DNA of 60,291 nucleotides, filler included, from Asterionella formosa (taxonomy: Eukaryota): NCBI GenBank assembly GCA_002256025.1. It is 13 parts of 13 records of this genome, joined end to end, with 100 filler letters (N's around TTAATTAATTAA, not from the genome) between each part and the next. Parts side by side here need not be neighbours in the genome. Positions count along the whole stretch, not along the records: positions 55,755 to 60,291 come from NKIB01013472.1; 12 more parts are not named here. One strand, written 5' to 3'. The notes beneath the pieces are model-generated. The model was not told where the DNA came from. It ran no database searches and was given only the letters and a program-made list of their open reading frames with translations. The first letter of the stretch is position 1. Each line of letters begins with the position of its first letter. This document shows, in pieces, positions 58,678 through 60,291 of the stretch. Position numbers and translations under genes: made by a program.

Positions 58678-60291
58678 ATGTCGACGGCACACAGATCCAA
58701 GCGTCGAACGAGAAATGGTTGGAAAGCAGATCGATTTAGCAAGGCAAGTAAAAGTGAAGATGATGGTTTCGTCAGTCAGCTTACATTTCACTCGTCGGCC
58801 CGAACCGAGTCGACAAGAAACCAACGGCGACCCTCGTTTTTGTTTATCAAATTCGTATTGATGCTGATGGCAGTTGGAGTACTTGCAGTATGGATGATGC
58901 ATTCCTACTCTGCGATACCATCTCAGGAGTTGCAGCAGCAGCAGCAGCAGCATTTGGCTTTGACAGGCCAATCCGCAACTATCCCCTTGAAGGAATCCAG
59001 GGCGATAAGAGGTACTGACACAAGTATCAAGCTGACAATAAGTGGTAAAACAGCCGGGCAAAATTACTTCATTCCCAAGACGAGTATTATCCCGAATAGA
59101 ATTCCAGAAGCAACAACAACTTATAGTAAAAATAAGAACAGAAAAGGAAATTTGGTGGGAATAGCGCTCGGGGTGGATGTTACAACTCCGTTTCAGATTA
59201 AACAGTCAAAACAAGAATCATCACGTAAAAATCTTTCACAGAAACTCCAGGAATGCAATACGATACTGAAAAATCCCACTTCAATGAATGAAATGATATA
59301 TTGGGATAATCATAATCCTATGGACTATCAGTTCATTGGGGCCAATCCTCAAGGCAACGACAAGTATCTTACCTTTGAGCCCGATACCGGGGGTTGGAAT
59401 TCTCAGCACATGGTACTTGAATCTATGGTAGTTTTGGCGTTGAGCTTGGGACGAACACTTGTGCTGCCACCAAAACAAGGAACATCCTACGGCACTTCGC
59501 TCTCCTATGAGGATTTCATTGATTTGAAATCCATTGCGAAGAAATACGAGGGCTTCAAATTTGTTACAACAGAAGTGTTTCTAACGTTAGTGGCAGGAGA
59601 AGGTCACCTACTCAAAGAAGGAAAGGCAGATAAACCGCCTAATAATCAAGTCAACTGGGATAATACGCCAAATATTGGGAAATTGTTCCAGTATCTCCGC
59701 GACGTTGGTCAAGTACCATTTGATTGGGACCCACAAACTTGCATATTAGGGATTCCTTTCCCTGATGGCCGTGGGACGGCCAATATCGAAACGACTCTTG
59801 AGAGAATATGGAAGAGGAAGGATGGACGGCAAGCTCCCTTTCATCTCGATTTTCAAGGCAAGCCAACCCCTGTCAATGCACCACTTGTGGAAAGATTGAG
59901 AGAATTTACAGCCGAACGCAAAAAGTTATGTACCTATGATGGGCCACTAGAAAAGAGTACGGTGCTACACATTCCAACAACGTCAGAAGCCAAATCCTTG
60001 ATTTTTGCCCCGTTTTATGCATTTGTTTTTTTCGAAGATTACAAACAGGACCTGTTGATGAAACGAATGGTGCGAAATGAGATGCGATACAACGATGATG
60101 TGGTATGTGCGGCAGGTCGGATTGTGGAGTCGCTACGAGCATTAAGCACAGGCGGAACATTTTGCGCCTTTCACATTCGGGGTGCTGCCTTTGAGAATGC
60201 TCACCATGACGTCCATGAAGATGCGTTATGGATATTGAACGAAATTCGAAACTTGATTCCGACAAATTCCACTGTCTTTGTCTCATCTGAC
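58678..60291 (+). CDS. GDP-fucose O-fucosyltransferase-like type II membrane glycosyltransferase, running off the window end (absent from the ORF track)
   Basis: My translation is open from ATG 58678 to the end. It has a TM segment FLFIKFVLMLMAVGVLAVW, polyQ, KYLTFEPDTGGWN..M..E...LA..LGRTLVLPP and RYNDDVVCAAGRIV..FHIR. Confidence 0.85.
   Translation, partial: MSTAHRSKRRTRNGWKADRFSKASKSEDDGFVSQLTFHSSARTESTRNQRRPSFLFIKFVLMLMAVGVLAVWMMHSYSAIPSQELQQQQQQHLALTGQSATIPLKESRAIRGTDTSIKLTISGKTAGQNYFIPKTSIIPNRIPEATTTYSKNKNRKGNLVGIALGVDVTTPFQIKQSKQESSRKNLSQKLQECNTILKNPTSMNEMIYWDNHNPMDYQFIGANPQGNDKYLTFEPDTGGWNSQHMVLESMVVLALSLGRTLVLPPKQGTSYGTSLSYEDFIDLKSIAKKYEGFKFVTTEVFLTLVAGEGHLLKEGKADKPPNNQVNWDNTPNIGKLFQYLRDVGQVPFDWDPQTCILGIPFPDGRGTANIETTLERIWKRKDGRQAPFHLDFQGKPTPVNAPLVERLREFTAERKKLCTYDGPLEKSTVLHIPTTSEAKSLIFAPFYAFVFFEDYKQDLLMKRMVRNEMRYNDDVVCAAGRIVESLRALSTGGTFCAFHIRGAAFENAHHDVHEDALWILNEIRNLIPTNSTVFVSSD

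Noticed and set aside
1..60291. Most 60-150 aa ORFs in the supplied track
   Set aside because: They are antisense or alternate-frame shadows of real genes, or chance ORFs in repeat-derived DNA, with no recognisable motifs.

Overview
This is not one locus. It is 13 unrelated contigs of about 4.54-4.56 kb, roughly size-sorted, joined by artificial 100-bp spacers (N-run, TTAATTAATTAA, N-run). The DNA is eukaryotic nuclear and most likely from a diatom: short GT-AG introns, bipartite ASAFAP-type plastid presequences and diatom-type Copia/LINE/LRR families. Host genes: a class II glutamine amidotransferase-like protein with an unusual HExxH N-terminal extension, four plastid-targeted proteins (including an HHL1-like and a TAT lumenal protein), a two-domain MAPR/cytochrome b5 protein, glutathionyl-hydroquinone reductase, a TALE homeobox factor, proteasome alpha7, a WW/UIM protein, an LRR receptor-like protein and an O-fucosyltransferase-like gene. 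The rest is rich in mobile-element debris: three Copia elements, a deleted PIF/Harbinger, pogo, piggyBac-like and tyrosine-recombinase remnants, and a 5'-truncated LINE. The most notable observation is a ~235-bp tRNA(Ala)-derived SINE family. It has three copies on three contigs, two bounded by perfect 18-bp target-site duplications, and its 3' tail aligns with the 3' tail of the LINE in this window, suggesting a SINE/LINE partner pair. All family assignments come from motif recognition by eye; no searches were run.
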